Source: Longimicrobium sp. (GTDB lineage Bacteria; Gemmatimonadota; Gemmatimonadetes; Longimicrobiales; Longimicrobiaceae). Taken from it: DNA of 64,000 bases. The notes under the pieces were generated by a model that saw only the letters and a list, made by a program, of their open reading frames with translations, made no database searches and had not been told where the DNA came from. Location of the stretch: NCBI GenBank assembly GCA_035689035.1, contig DASSME010000407.1, positions 28,054-92,053 on the forward strand, read 5' to 3'. Positions 1-10,310 of this stretch are shown piece after piece. Positions within the stretch are counted from its first letter, which is position 1; every line of letters begins with the position of its first letter. The translations under genes were made by a program, and so were the position numbers.

Positions 1-528
1 CTCGTCGGGCTCACGCTGCGCAGGCGGTCGAAGAACTCCCACGCCATGTACGAGATGAGGGCGGACCAGTTCGCGATCGCGTTCCTGAACGACCAGGAGA
101 AGGAGTACGTTCTCCAGAACGCCGCGTCGGTGCTCCCCAGGGATGAGAAGCTTTCCGCGTTGGAGCACCAGATCCGGGTCGCCGGGCTCCGGTCTTTCAT
201 CGAAACCGGTGAATCTTTCACCGACACGCACCCGGGCATGTCGCCGTGGGCGTTCATCGTCGAAACGCAGTTGACCGCGCTCAACCTGGGCGCGTGGATG
301 ATCCTGCTCTCCCGCTTCATCGGCACACCCAGCCCCGACCTGCTGTACCGCTTCCGCTGGTTGCTCGCGACTTTGATCGTCCTGTCGGTGCTGAGGTATG
401 CGATCCATTACGTGAAGGGATTGATGATCGAGCTGATCTTCATCCGGCGCTTCACCTGGCAGGACGGAACGTTCAAGCTCCGCCGGGGCCCCGCGTGGAG
501 CCCGTACGACGACGCGGCCGCGGCGTGA
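1..528 (+). CDS. 3' part of a probable M48-family (HtpX-like) membrane metallopeptidase; start lies upstream of the window
   Basis: Frame is open from base 1. It contains 'YEMRADQFA' (E-x-x-A-D motif) and 'FTDTHP' (THP motif), both typical of the M48 C-terminal half, plus TM helices. Confidence 0.5.
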   Translation, partial: LVGLTLRRRSKNSHAMYEMRADQFAIAFLNDQEKEYVLQNAASVLPRDEKLSALEHQIRVAGLRSFIETGESFTDTHPGMSPWAFIVETQLTALNLGAWMILLSRFIGTPSPDLLYRFRWLLATLIVLSVLRYAIHYVKGLMIELIFIRRFTWQDGTFKLRRGPAWSPYDDAAAA

Positions 529-708
529 GCCGAGGTGGCCGCGCCCGGCTTCGTGGGAACCGGGAACGGGGATGTGACACCGGGTCGTGCGATCGACGGA
601 TCAGGGCGCGTCCACTCCGGGTCGGACTCTCTTGACGGGGGCGGCACGGGGCATTTACGTGCGTCTCGCCGGCATCCCCCTCCCGCCGGCGCGGCACCCC
701 TCCTATGA

Positions 709-2400
709 ATGCTCTCCATGCTGCGCCCCTCCCGCAGTCTTGCCTCCTGCTTTCGCCTGTTCGCCCTGCTGCCGCTGGCCGCCTGCGCCGAACGCTCGCC
801 CGTGTCGCCGAGAGCGGATACGCCCGAGCCGGCGCGGCTGGCCACGCTGCGCTGCGCGGTGGAGGTGCGCGCGGAGTCGCTGGCGTGCGCCCCGTCCGTC
901 CCCGACGCGGGCGGGGCGCGTGGCGACCTGGTCGTGGGCGGGCAGGGCGTGTACGTGCGGCTCACCAGCAGCGGCGTGTCGTACAACTCGGTCACGCACG
1001 AGCTGAGCGCGAACGTGACCGTGCAGAACCTGCTGGGGCAGCCGATCGGCACCAGCGACGGCGTGAACCCCGACCCCAACGGCGTGCGGGTGTTCTTCGA
1101 CACCGGCCCCACGGTCACCGACGGCGTGGGCACCGTGGACGTGGCGAACGAGGACGGCAGCGATGCCTTCACGCACGCCGCGCAGCCGTACTTCAGGTAT
1201 CCCGAAATCCTGCAGACCGAGGAGACCAGCGCGGCGCACGAGTGGCGCTTCTCGGTGCCGCAGCTGGTGACGCGCTTCGTCTTCACGGTGTACGTGTCGG
1301 CGCCGGTGCCCGACCCGCAGGCGCTGAAGCGGATCGACCTGGACCCGCGCACCCTGGCGGTGGGCGGCTACCACAGCTGCGCGCTGAACACCGCCGGCGC
1401 TGCCTTCTGCTGGGGCGCCAACGACGACGGGCAGATGGGGAGCGCCTCCGCCGACAGCGTGCCGGTGGCCGTGGCGGGCGGCTTCACCTGGAAGTCGCTG
1501 ACGGCCGGGCGCTACCACACCTGCGGCATCACCACCACCAACCAGGCGTACTGCTGGGGTGACGACCAGACGGGCCAGCTGGGCGACGGCGGCGAGAGCG
1601 ACGCCCACGCGCCGGTGCCCGTGAGCGGCGGCCTCGCCTGGCGGATGCTGGACGCGGGCGCCGGGCACACCTGCGGCGTCACCACCGCAGGCGCGCTCTA
1701 CTGCTGGGGCGACGGCCTGGCCGGGCAGCTGGGGACGGGCGACTCGGCGTCGAGCGGCACGCCGGTGCAGGTGACGGGCGGGCGCACCTGGGCCTCGGTG
1801 AGCGCGGGGACCGGCCACACCTGCGGCGTTACCCGCGGGGGCGCGGCGTACTGCTGGGGCGACGATTCGAACGGCGAGCTGGGCGGCGGGCTGGCCACGC
1901 CCACCGCGCGGCCGGCGCGGGTGGCGGGCGGGCGCTCGTGGCGGTGGGTGAGCGCGGGCGAAGGCTTCAGCTGCGGCATCACCTCGCCGGGAGCGGCCCT
2001 GTGCTGGGGGCTGGACTCGGCCGGGCAGGCGGGGAACGGCGCCGCCGGCCCCACCGACACGCCCGGGACCGTGAACGGCGGGCTCACCTGGTCGAGGATC
2101 AACGCCGGGCGCGAGACCGCCTGCGGGGTGACCACGGGCGGGGCGGCGTACTGCTGGGGCTACAACAACACCGGCGAGATGGGGATCGGCTCGACCATCA
2201 ACCGCGACGAGCCCGTGGCGGTGGGGGGCGCGCTGACCTGGGCGTGGGTGGACAACGGCGACTACCACACGTGCGGGATCCGGACCACCGGCGAGGCCCG
2301 CTGCTGGGGTTACAACGCGCAGGGGCAGCTCGGCACCCGCGACACCGACGACCACCGGCTCCCGGCGCCCCTGTACGGCGGGGGCGTCTGGAAGCAGTAG
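709..2400 (+). CDS. RCC1-repeat (beta-propeller) lipoprotein
   Basis: Lipobox LAAC; seven repeats of 'G..HTCG.T..G.AYCWG.N..GQLG'. Confidence 0.9.
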   Translation: MLSMLRPSRSLASCFRLFALLPLAACAERSPVSPRADTPEPARLATLRCAVEVRAESLACAPSVPDAGGARGDLVVGGQGVYVRLTSSGVSYNSVTHELSANVTVQNLLGQPIGTSDGVNPDPNGVRVFFDTGPTVTDGVGTVDVANEDGSDAFTHAAQPYFRYPEILQTEETSAAHEWRFSVPQLVTRFVFTVYVSAPVPDPQALKRIDLDPRTLAVGGYHSCALNTAGAAFCWGANDDGQMGSASADSVPVAVAGGFTWKSLTAGRYHTCGITTTNQAYCWGDDQTGQLGDGGESDAHAPVPVSGGLAWRMLDAGAGHTCGVTTAGALYCWGDGLAGQLGTGDSASSGTPVQVTGGRTWASVSAGTGHTCGVTRGGAAYCWGDDSNGELGGGLATPTARPARVAGGRSWRWVSAGEGFSCGITSPGAALCWGLDSAGQAGNGAAGPTDTPGTVNGGLTWSRINAGRETACGVTTGGAAYCWGYNNTGEMGIGSTINRDEPVAVGGALTWAWVDNGDYHTCGIRTTGEARCWGYNAQGQLGTRDTDDHRLPAPLYGGGVWKQ

Positions 2401-2530
2401 CTTCGCCCTTCGGCGTGGTTCGGCCACGGGAGCCTCACGACCCGTCGTGGGGCTCCGCTCGTTGGGCGGAAGGCGACGGCGGTCGTTCTACCCGAGCCGC
2501 GTGATCCGTCTGCACGAAGGGTCGCCATGA

Positions 2531-2600
2531 CCTCACGCAGGGTCCGCAGGGTTCGCGGAGAACTGCCGTTTTTCCGCGGACCCTGCGGACCCTGCGTGAG
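2531..2600. repeat. Palindromic REP-like element (family C)
   Basis: Inverted repeat ctcacgcagggtccgcaggg...ccctgcggaccctgcgtgag; related elements at ~20670-20767, ~44470-44565 and ~56598-56675. Confidence 0.55.
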
Positions 2601-2784
2601 GAAGCAGTTCCGCTGGATCGGGGATTCCGCATCGGGGCGCCCCGGAATCACGCGGGTCGGTCCAACTCCACCGGAGGGAGGGAGCTGGACAAGCGTTGCG
2701 CGGCCGGGGGACCGGGCGTAATCTGCCGCACTCGCACACCGGAACGGGGCCCACCCCCTGAACCCAGCCACGGAACATACCCCA

Positions 2785-3885
2785 GTGCTCAAGCGCCTGT
2801 TGGGCGGCAACCTGCTGAACCTGCTGCTGGTGTTCGTGCCGGTGGCGTTCGTGCTGGAATACGCCGTGCACGCCAGCCCCACCCTGGTCTTTGTCACCTC
2901 GTGCCTGGCCGTGATCCCGCTGGCGGGGATGATGGGCCACGCCACCGAAGAGCTCGCCGAACGGATGGGCGAGGGGGTGGGCGGCCTGCTGAACGCCACC
3001 TTCGGCAACGCCGCCGAGCTGATCATCGCCATCATCGCGCTGCGCGCCGGGCTGTTCGACCTGGTCAAGGCGTCGATCACCGGCAGCATCATCGGCAACA
3101 TCCTGCTGGTGTTCGGCCTGAGCACGCTGGTGGGCGGGCTGCGCTACAGCACCCAGAAGTTCAACGCCACCGCCGCGGCGGCGGGGACCACGCTGCTGGT
3201 CCTTTCGGCGGTGGGGCTGCTGGTGCCGGCCAGCTTCCACGCCATCGTGGGGAACACCGCCGTGGCGGCCGAGCGCAACCTGTCGTTCGAGATCGCCGTC
3301 GTGCTGATCATCACCTACGCGCTGTCGCTGGTCTTCACGCTGAAGACGCACCGGCACCTGTACGTGGGCGACGTGGCCATCGAGCACGACGAGCCCGGCG
3401 ACGTGCACCCGGGGCCGATCTGGAAGCCGGTCCTGCTGCTGCTGCTCGCCACCGCGGGGATCGCGATGATGGCCGAGTTCCTGGTGGGCGCCGCGTCCGA
3501 GACCGCCGAGTCGCTGGGGTGGAGCGAGGTGTTCGTGGGCGTGATCGTGGTGGCCATCATCGGCAACGCGGCCGAGCACAGCACCGCGGTGATCATGGCG
3601 CTGAAGAACAAGATGGACATCGCCATCAACATCGCGGTGGGGAGCAGCATCCAGGTGGCGCTGTTCGTGGCGCCGGTGCTGGTGCTGCTCAGCTACCTCA
3701 TCGCCCCCCGCCCCATGGACCTGATCTTCACCCGCCTGGAGGTGATGGCGATCGCCGTCTCGGTGATCATCATGGGCTACGTGGCGGCGGACGGCGAAAG
3801 TCACTGGATGGAGGGCGTGCAGCTGCTGGCCGTGTACGCCATCCTGGGGATCGCCTTCTTCTTCCTCCCGATGCCGCACGGGTGA
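2785..3885 (+). CDS. cax: Calcium/proton exchanger (CaCA family)
   Basis: Signature alpha-repeats '[14 protein letters not shown]' and 'IIGNAAEH'; about 11 TM helices; GTG start. Confidence 0.92.
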   Translation: MLKRLLGGNLLNLLLVFVPVAFVLEYAVHASPTLVFVTSCLAVIPLAGMMGHATEELAERMGEGVGGLLNATFGNAAELIIAIIALRAGLFDLVKASITGSIIGNILLVFGLSTLVGGLRYSTQKFNATAAAAGTTLLVLSAVGLLVPASFHAIVGNTAVAAERNLSFEIAVVLIITYALSLVFTLKTHRHLYVGDVAIEHDEPGDVHPGPIWKPVLLLLLATAGIAMMAEFLVGAASETAESLGWSEVFVGVIVVAIIGNAAEHSTAVIMALKNKMDIAINIAVGSSIQVALFVAPVLVLLSYLIAPRPMDLIFTRLEVMAIAVSVIIMGYVAADGESHWMEGVQLLAVYAILGIAFFFLPMPHG

Positions 3886-4123
3886 GCGGAGGGCTTCGCA
3901 TCGATCGGCAATCCGTCTACCGTTCGACCAGTTACCCCCCGGCCACTCTTCTGGCCGGGGGTGTTGCATTGCGGTGGGGCCACCCCGGTGGACCCGGCGG
4001 TTTTCGGAAGCCGCGCAATGCGTTAGATTGTTCACCGTTCGTGCTGTCCGCGCGGCGCCCTGCTGGGGCGCCGCGTTCGCTTGGCCGGCAGTTTCTCGGT
4101 TCCAGTCTCCCCCTGATCAACGG

Positions 4124-5731
4124 ATGATGCACCGCAGTACGGCGGACGGGTTCGACGCCGTGGTGATCGGCAGCGGCTTCGGCGGGTGCATGGCCGCGCT
4201 GGAGCTGGTGGAGGCCGGCTGGCGCGTGCTGATGCTGGAGCGCGGCGGCTGGGTGGAGCGCGGCCCCCACAACTGGCAGGGCGACGGCGCCTTCGTGCGC
4301 ACCCCCTTCTACGCCGCCGACGCGCCGTACTCCGTCCACACCGGCGATCCGAAGCCGAAGACCGAGAAGCTGTGCACCTGCGTGGGCGGCCCCAGCGTGT
4401 TCTACGGGGGCGCCTCGTTCCGCTTCCGCGAGGGTGACTTCGGCGCCGCCCCCGAGATCGTGAGCGGCAGCGGCGCGGCGTGGCCGGTCGGCTACGCGGA
4501 GATGGAGGCGTTCTACGGCCAGGCCGAGCGCCTGCTGGGCGTGGCCGGCGAGGCCGGCGCGGACCCCACCGAGCCGCCGCGCGGCACCCCGTACCCGCAG
4601 CGCCCGCGCGAGGCCAGCGCCACGAGCAGGATGATGGCGAAGGCGGCGCAGTCGCTGGGGCTGCACCCGTTCCCGATCCCGCTGGCCATCAACCACACGG
4701 CCGGGCTGGGCGGCGTGTGCCAGGCGTGCACCACCTGCGACACCTTCGCCTGCGCCATCGGCGCCAAGAACGACCTGGCCGTCCGCGTCGTCCCCCGTCT
4801 CCTGTCCGGCGGGATGGAGCTGCGGGCGAACACCGTCGTCACACGGCTGATCGCGGAGGGCGGACGCGTGACGGGCGTGGAGTGCGTGGACAAGGCGACG
4901 GGCGAGCGCTCCGTGGTCCACGGCGGCACCGTCATCCTCGCCGCCGGCGCGCTGGCCACGCCGCATCTCCTCCTCGCCTCGGGGCTGGAGACGCTGAACC
5001 CGGCGGGCGATGCCGTCGGCCGCTACCTGATGCGGCACTGCAATGCGATGACGTTCGGCTTCTTTCCGCGCAAGCCGAACCCCGAGCGCGTGCACCACAA
5101 GCAGCTCGCCATCCACGACTTCTACTGGGGGTCGGGCGAGCCGGGCGCGCCGCGGGGGAAGCTGGGGAACATCCAGCAGATCATGGGGCCGCAGGCGGCG
5201 CTGATCGGCCACGTGCTGCCGAAGGCGCTCGGATTCCTCGCCAGGGTCGCCGAGATCCCCGCCAGCCGGCTCACCGGCCTCCTTTCCATCGCCGAAGACC
5301 AGCCGCGCCCCGATAACCGCGTCCGCCTGGGCGGCGAGACCGACGCGTACGGGCTGCCGAAGATGATCGTCGAGCACCGCTACACCGGGCGTGACCTCGC
5401 CGCGCGCAACTTCATGATCCGCAAGGCGAAGCAGATCCTTCGCCGGGCCGGTGCGCTCTTCTGCGTGAACTGGGACGTGAGCACCTTTTCGCACGCCGTG
5501 GGCACCGTCCGCATGGGTAACGACGAGACGCGGGCGCCGCTGGACGCCGCCTGCCGCTACCGTGGGCTGGAGAACCTGCACGTGACCGACGGAAGCGTCT
5601 TCCCCACCAGCGCCGGGGTGAACCCCAGCCTCACCATCGCCGCCAACGCGCTGCGCGTCGGCCGGCTGATCGCCCGCGGCGCGCCGGCCGATGCGGCCGC
5701 CGGCGCGGCCGCGGCGGGAGGGATCGGCTGA
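4124..5731 (+). CDS. GMC family FAD oxidoreductase
   Basis: 'AVVIGSGFGG' FAD motif, 'HAVGTVRMG', 'DGSVFPTSAGVNPSLTIAANA'; start moved to ATG 4124. Confidence 0.92.
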   Translation: MMHRSTADGFDAVVIGSGFGGCMAALELVEAGWRVLMLERGGWVERGPHNWQGDGAFVRTPFYAADAPYSVHTGDPKPKTEKLCTCVGGPSVFYGGASFRFREGDFGAAPEIVSGSGAAWPVGYAEMEAFYGQAERLLGVAGEAGADPTEPPRGTPYPQRPREASATSRMMAKAAQSLGLHPFPIPLAINHTAGLGGVCQACTTCDTFACAIGAKNDLAVRVVPRLLSGGMELRANTVVTRLIAEGGRVTGVECVDKATGERSVVHGGTVILAAGALATPHLLLASGLETLNPAGDAVGRYLMRHCNAMTFGFFPRKPNPERVHHKQLAIHDFYWGSGEPGAPRGKLGNIQQIMGPQAALIGHVLPKALGFLARVAEIPASRLTGLLSIAEDQPRPDNRVRLGGETDAYGLPKMIVEHRYTGRDLAARNFMIRKAKQILRRAGALFCVNWDVSTFSHAVGTVRMGNDETRAPLDAACRYRGLENLHVTDGSVFPTSAGVNPSLTIAANALRVGRLIARGAPADAAAGAAAAGGIG

Positions 5732-6711
5732 TGGCGGAGGGGATCGGGATCGCGTTCCTGGGGTGCGGCAAGATCGCCGTCCGTCACGCGAAGCTGCTGA
5801 AGAAGCTGGGCGGCGTGCGGCTTTACTTCGCCAGCCGCGACCGGGCGAAGGCGGAGGATTACGCGCGCAGGCTGGGCGGCGCGGGCGCGTTCGGCGGCTA
5901 CCAGGCGGCGATCGACAGCCCGGACGTTGACGCCGTGCTGGTGCTGACGCCGCCCAGCCTGCACCTGGAGCTGACGCTGGCGGCGCTCGCCGCGGGGAAG
6001 CACGCGGTGGTCGAGAAGCCGCCCTTCCTGCACGCGGCCGACTTCGACACCGTGTGCGAGGCCAGGGAGCGCGCCGGGCGCCGCGTGATGGTGGCCGAGA
6101 ACTACTTCTACAAGCCGCTGGCCGAGGCCGTGCGCGAGACGCTCGCCTCCGGCGCCATCGGCGAGATGCGCATCCTGACCGTCAACGCGCTCAAGGAGCA
6201 GACGGTGAGCGACTGGCGCGGCGACATGGCGCTCTCCGGCGGGGGAGCGCTGTACGAGGGCGGGATCCACTGGATCAACTTCTTCGCCAACCTGGGGCCG
6301 AAGATCGTCGGCGTGCAGGGCTTTCGCCCCGGCGGCGACGACGGGACGCCCGACCGCTCGATGGTGGCGGCGTTCACCTACGACACCGGCGCCGTGGGCA
6401 CCCTCTACTACAGCTGGGAGACGCCGGTGCTGATGAAGGGGCTGCACCTCTCCGCCGTCTACGGCACCGAGGGGGTGGCCACCTTCGAGAGCAACGGCAT
6501 CTTCCTGTCCGTGCGCGGCAAGCGCCGGCGGATGCGCGCGGGGCTGGGCGACATCGCCGGCTACATGGGGATGTGGCGCGACTTCGTTCCCGCGCTGACC
6601 GAGAACCGCGAGCCGCGGTTCAGCTTCGACAGGGCCCGGCGCGACCTGGTGCTGACCGAGGCCGTCTACCGTTCACTCAGCCGGGACCTGTCGGTGCCCG
6701 GCCTCACCTGA
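5731..6711 (+). CDS. Gfo/Idh/MocA family oxidoreductase
   Basis: 'LGCGKIA' Rossmann motif, 'GKHAVVEKP', 'GGGALYEGGIH'; translationally coupled to the GMC gene. Confidence 0.9.
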   Translation: MAEGIGIAFLGCGKIAVRHAKLLKKLGGVRLYFASRDRAKAEDYARRLGGAGAFGGYQAAIDSPDVDAVLVLTPPSLHLELTLAALAAGKHAVVEKPPFLHAADFDTVCEARERAGRRVMVAENYFYKPLAEAVRETLASGAIGEMRILTVNALKEQTVSDWRGDMALSGGGALYEGGIHWINFFANLGPKIVGVQGFRPGGDDGTPDRSMVAAFTYDTGAVGTLYYSWETPVLMKGLHLSAVYGTEGVATFESNGIFLSVRGKRRRMRAGLGDIAGYMGMWRDFVPALTENREPRFSFDRARRDLVLTEAVYRSLSRDLSVPGLT

Positions 6712-6726
6712 CCGTTCACCTTGCCG

Positions 6727-7536
6727 ATGACCATCCTGATCGGGCTGCTGGCGGGCGCCCACACCTCCAGCTGGGGGATGTACAAGGACGCGCCGCACGA
6801 GGGCTTCACCGTCCCCAAGTACTTCCGCAGCATCATCGTGGCCACGCTGGTGGCCCTCTTCATCGACCGCGTGGTGGGCTTCGCGCCCGACACCTTCGCG
6901 CACGCCGCCGTGTTCTTCGGGATGGTGTACGCGGGCGAGCGGCTGCTGGTGGAGCTCTGGAAGACCTTCATCCGCGAGGAAGACCAGAGCAAGTACTTCA
7001 TCCCCATGCAGTTCGGGGTGTTCGGCAAGCCGATCAAGAGCCGCGCGGTGCGCTGGGCGATCCTCGTCGCCGTGGTGGCCGTGGTGACGCTCACCATCTG
7101 GGGCGTGACCACGCTGCAGGCGAAGTATCCCGATGCGCCGAAGTGGCTGGTGCTGCTCCTGGCCAGCGCGGGCGGGTGGTTCAGCGCGTTCGGCGGGGCG
7201 TGGAAGGACGCGCCCGTGGAGGGCTTCGAGACCTTCAAGTTCTTCCGCAGCCCGGCGATCGCCACCACCTGGAGCACGGTGATGGCGTTCTTCACCCACA
7301 ACTGGGTGTTCATCGGGCTGGCGGGGATCGGCTACACGGTGGCGACGATCGAGACGTACAAGACCTTCTTCTTCCCCAACAAGCCGCGCGGCAAGTTCGC
7401 CGGCAAGCCGATCCTCTTCCCCAGGATCCTGGAGCAGCGCAAGTACGTGGCGATCCTCTACGCCTGCATCTGGATCGCGGTCGCGACGAACCTGGTGCTG
7501 GCCTTTGTCGGGCCCAGGGACGGGCTGCTGCCGTAG
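6727..7536 (+). CDS. Uncharacterised membrane protein with internal duplication
   Basis: About 8 TM helices; repeated 'WGMYKDAPHEGF..PKYFRS' / 'GGAWKDAPVEGF..FKFFRS'. Confidence 0.75.
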   Translation: MTILIGLLAGAHTSSWGMYKDAPHEGFTVPKYFRSIIVATLVALFIDRVVGFAPDTFAHAAVFFGMVYAGERLLVELWKTFIREEDQSKYFIPMQFGVFGKPIKSRAVRWAILVAVVAVVTLTIWGVTTLQAKYPDAPKWLVLLLASAGGWFSAFGGAWKDAPVEGFETFKFFRSPAIATTWSTVMAFFTHNWVFIGLAGIGYTVATIETYKTFFFPNKPRGKFAGKPILFPRILEQRKYVAILYACIWIAVATNLVLAFVGPRDGLLP

Positions 7537-7565
7537 GGGGGCGAAGCGAGGGCTTGAACGGAAGG

Positions 7566-7607
7566 GCGAGGGGGCGGGCACCGGGTGCCGGCCCCCTCGC
7601 CGTTTTC
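7566..7607 (+). terminator. Intrinsic terminator-like hairpin between convergent genes
   Basis: gcgagggggcgggcac / gtgccggccccctcgc stem followed by cgttttc. Confidence 0.5.
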
Positions 7608-7623
7608 GGGCAGATCCGGTAGA

Positions 7624-8655
7624 TCAGTTGTACGCCAGCCGGTTGCGCGTGATCAGGCCTTTGAGCAGCCGGTCCTTCAGCGCCTGCCGCACGCTGCCGC
7701 GGTCGTTGAGCGCGCTCAGCAGCGGGTGGTCGAATTCGGGCAGCTCCTTGCGAACCGCGCCCAGGGTGACGCCGGCCCCGGCGTTGAGATTGGAGAAGTC
7801 GATGGCCAGGGCGTTCCTTTGCAGCGTGATGGCGGGGTCCAGCAGCTTGAGCCAGTACATGATGATGGTGGTCTCGAGCTCACGCGTGCGCGTGGCCGCG
7901 TTGGCGCCCGCCAGCGCGCCCGCGGTGCCGTTGCCGACGTGCGCCATGGGCCCGCCCTGCGCCATCGGGTGAAAGTTCCCGAAGAAGTAGTGGAGGGTCC
8001 ACAGCCGGGCCTTGAGCAGGTCGAGCATGGCCAGGTTCACCAGCAGGGTGAGGTGGTTGCGGTGCACCTCGGCCAGGTACAGCGCCGTCGCGATCTGCCG
8101 GGCCACGCGGTTGCGCGCCATGCCACGCGTCAGCGGCGCCCGCGCGCCCCTGGCCAGCGTGATCAGGTCGGCCACGACCTCGTCGGCGCTGCCACCCGCC
8201 GCCAGGTACTGCCCCAGCAGGATGGCGTAGGTCACCGCCGCCGGGTTCCCGCCCGCCGCCAGCTCCACATAGCCATTCGTGCCGGTGACGTGCCAGTACT
8301 CGCCGGCGTTGTTGTTGGGCACGCCCACCGCACCCGGCAGGCCGGTCAGCCCTGCCCACCAGTCGTTGGCCCACTGGTCCTGGGTTCCCGGGTTGGGGTG
8401 GTCCTTGAGCGCCAGCAGCGTCCACCCGCGCAGGCTGTTCTCCAGGCGCACGCCGGGCCCGGCGGCAGGCTGAACCGCACGGTTCTCCAGCGTGCCGCGA
8501 TAGGTGGCGATCACTTCCACCATCATCTGGTGCACGTCGTCGAGTGTGAACGCCTGGCCGTTCGCGGTGAGCCCCGTGAGCGTGTAGCGCTGCCACTCGG
8601 CCGCGGGGGCGGCACAGCCGTTCTGGTTATTCGCCAGATCCACCAGGTGGGGCAT
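7624..8655 (-). CDS. Hypothetical protein (~343 aa)
   Basis: Coding-like GC3 bias from MPHLVDL; Asn/Ala/Gly-rich; no recognised domain. Confidence 0.7.
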   Translation of the reverse strand: MPHLVDLANNQNGCAAPAAEWQRYTLTGLTANGQAFTLDDVHQMMVEVIATYRGTLENRAVQPAAGPGVRLENSLRGWTLLALKDHPNPGTQDQWANDWWAGLTGLPGAVGVPNNNAGEYWHVTGTNGYVELAAGGNPAAVTYAILLGQYLAAGGSADEVVADLITLARGARAPLTRGMARNRVARQIATALYLAEVHRNHLTLLVNLAMLDLLKARLWTLHYFFGNFHPMAQGGPMAHVGNGTAGALAGANAATRTRELETTIIMYWLKLLDPAITLQRNALAIDFSNLNAGAGVTLGAVRKELPEFDHPLLSALNDRGSVRQALKDRLLKGLITRNRLAYN

Positions 8656-9179
8656 CGGAAGTTCGCGTGGTGAGCGGGAAAGACAGCGCCCGAACGGCAC
8701 CCAGCCCGCGGTAGGCACCACGGACTGTTCACCTGATACGGTTTTCAGTATCAGCCGAACGAGGATACCACGAGTAGTGCGGTGCGTCAATCGCGGTTCC
8801 CGCAGTCACCGGTGTGGACAGGGGTGGCGGGATCAGCGGCCCACAGCGGGAGACCGGCCGCCGCATCACCGTGAGAAGCAGACACCACATCATCGAAACA
8901 TACTTCGCGACCTATTGTGAAAAGTATGGTCGCGGTTATCTTCATCGCCGAGGCGACACACCATCCGTGAGGGAGGTGAGCATGCACGTTCGCAAGACAG
9001 CACTGAATGTCAGCAGCGAAGCTCTCTTTCTGCCGTCGCGCTGTACGGCGGGATGGGTCGTGTTCGTCGTTGCTGACGATGAGGTGAGATGAAGCGGCCG
9101 GGCTCCGGGTGAGCCCGGCCGTTCGTGCCGGTGGCGCGACCGCGCGGCCGGCGTTCCACACTCCTCAACGGAGGATGCA

Positions 9180-9368
9180 ATGCAGGGGAAGATGAAGCTG
9201 GACCTGGACGGGCTGAACGTGGAGACGTTCGAGGCCGAGGCACAGGACGCGGCCCGCCGCGGCACCGTGCGCGGGAACGAGCTGATGGTCAGCATCGACA
9301 CCTGCTACGACTACACCTGCCGCGGCTACGGAACCTGCGGCATCTACCCCTGCAAGCCCGTGCCCTGA
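9180..9368 (+). CDS. RiPP precursor peptide 1 (pinensin-like lanthipeptide-type leader)
   Basis: GGAGG RBS; leader KLDLDGLNVETF...GTVRG; core ...TCYDYTCRGYGTCGIYPCKPVP. Confidence 0.8.
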   Translation: MQGKMKLDLDGLNVETFEAEAQDAARRGTVRGNELMVSIDTCYDYTCRGYGTCGIYPCKPVP

Positions 9369-9409
9369 GCCGGCCGCCAACCTCCATCCAACCACCAGGA
9401 TACACGATC

Positions 9410-9601
9410 ATGGCGAAGAAGCTGAGCCTGGAGATCGACCAGCTGCGCGTGGACTCGTTCGAGCCGCAGGCCCTGGAGCAGAGCGGGACCGGCACCGTCC
9501 GCGGCCACGGCTTTACCCTGCCCTACTGCGACAGCCAGTACGACCGCACCTGCAACGGCTACGGCACATGCGGGATCTACCCCTGCAAGCCCGTGCCCTG
9601 A
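9410..9601 (+). CDS. RiPP precursor peptide 2 (paralog)
   Basis: MAKKLSLEIDQLRVDSF...GTVRGH; core ends TCNGYGTCGIYPCKPVP, nearly identical to precursor 1. Confidence 0.8.
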   Translation: MAKKLSLEIDQLRVDSFEPQALEQSGTGTVRGHGFTLPYCDSQYDRTCNGYGTCGIYPCKPVP

Positions 9602-9740
9602 GCTCGGCGGCGTGAGCGGATGCCGGCGCCCGGAGCGCGCCGGCATCCGCCGCGTGGACCGATACGAGCCCCGGCGCCTGCGATGGGCGCCGGGGCTCGC
9701 TGCGTCGGCAGTGGTGGCGAACGCTCTCGTGATGAATGCT

Positions 9741-10310
9741 TCACTCGGCGGCTGGCGAGAGCGGGGCGCTGATGGAGTGATAGGCGGGGAGCACGAACAC
9801 GGGCCATCCGGTACGTGCCAGCGCCGCGTGCACGAACTCGCGGAAGTATGGCCAGGTGTTCAGCGGCAGGTTCCGCCGCTGGAACTCGGTGAAGAGCTGG
9901 TCGGACATGCGCTGTGCCGACGAATACTTCACCTCGAACTCCGCCTCGATGGAGACGGCGGTGCCGGTCTCGTCGTCGTACGTGCCCGCGAACCCGAGCT
10001 CGTGGAACACCAGCACGTGTCCATCCTGGTTCTCGTACCGGGCGCCGGGCTCGGAAAGGGTGGGAATCAGGTGCCCGCGCTCGGGGGTGGACGGTGCCTC
10101 GATCCGGGCGCGCGCCAGCCGGATGGACACCAGGTCGAGCTCGCCGATGAAGGCGTTGTACACCTCCGCCGTCAGGGCGCGCGCACGCGCCGCCGCGGCC
10201 GAGGATGTCCCTTCGCCCTTGCCTGGACCTGTGCGGGCCACGGCGGCTCGCCTGGCACGGGGCGGAGTGCCGGCCTCCGGCGCCTCAGAGCGCGAACGCT
10301 TTGCTGCCAC
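9741..10310 (-). CDS. SecB-like chaperone of a toxin-antitoxin-chaperone module
   Basis: C-terminal 'NLPLNTWPYFREFVHAALARTGWPVFVLP' SecB motif; probable GTG start overlapping the antitoxin end. Confidence 0.75.
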   Translation of the reverse strand: MAAKRSRSEAPEAGTPPRARRAAVARTGPGKGEGTSSAAAARARALTAEVYNAFIGELDLVSIRLARARIEAPSTPERGHLIPTLSEPGARYENQDGHVLVFHELGFAGTYDDETGTAVSIEAEFEVKYSSAQRMSDQLFTEFQRRNLPLNTWPYFREFVHAALARTGWPVFVLPAYHSISAPLSPAAE

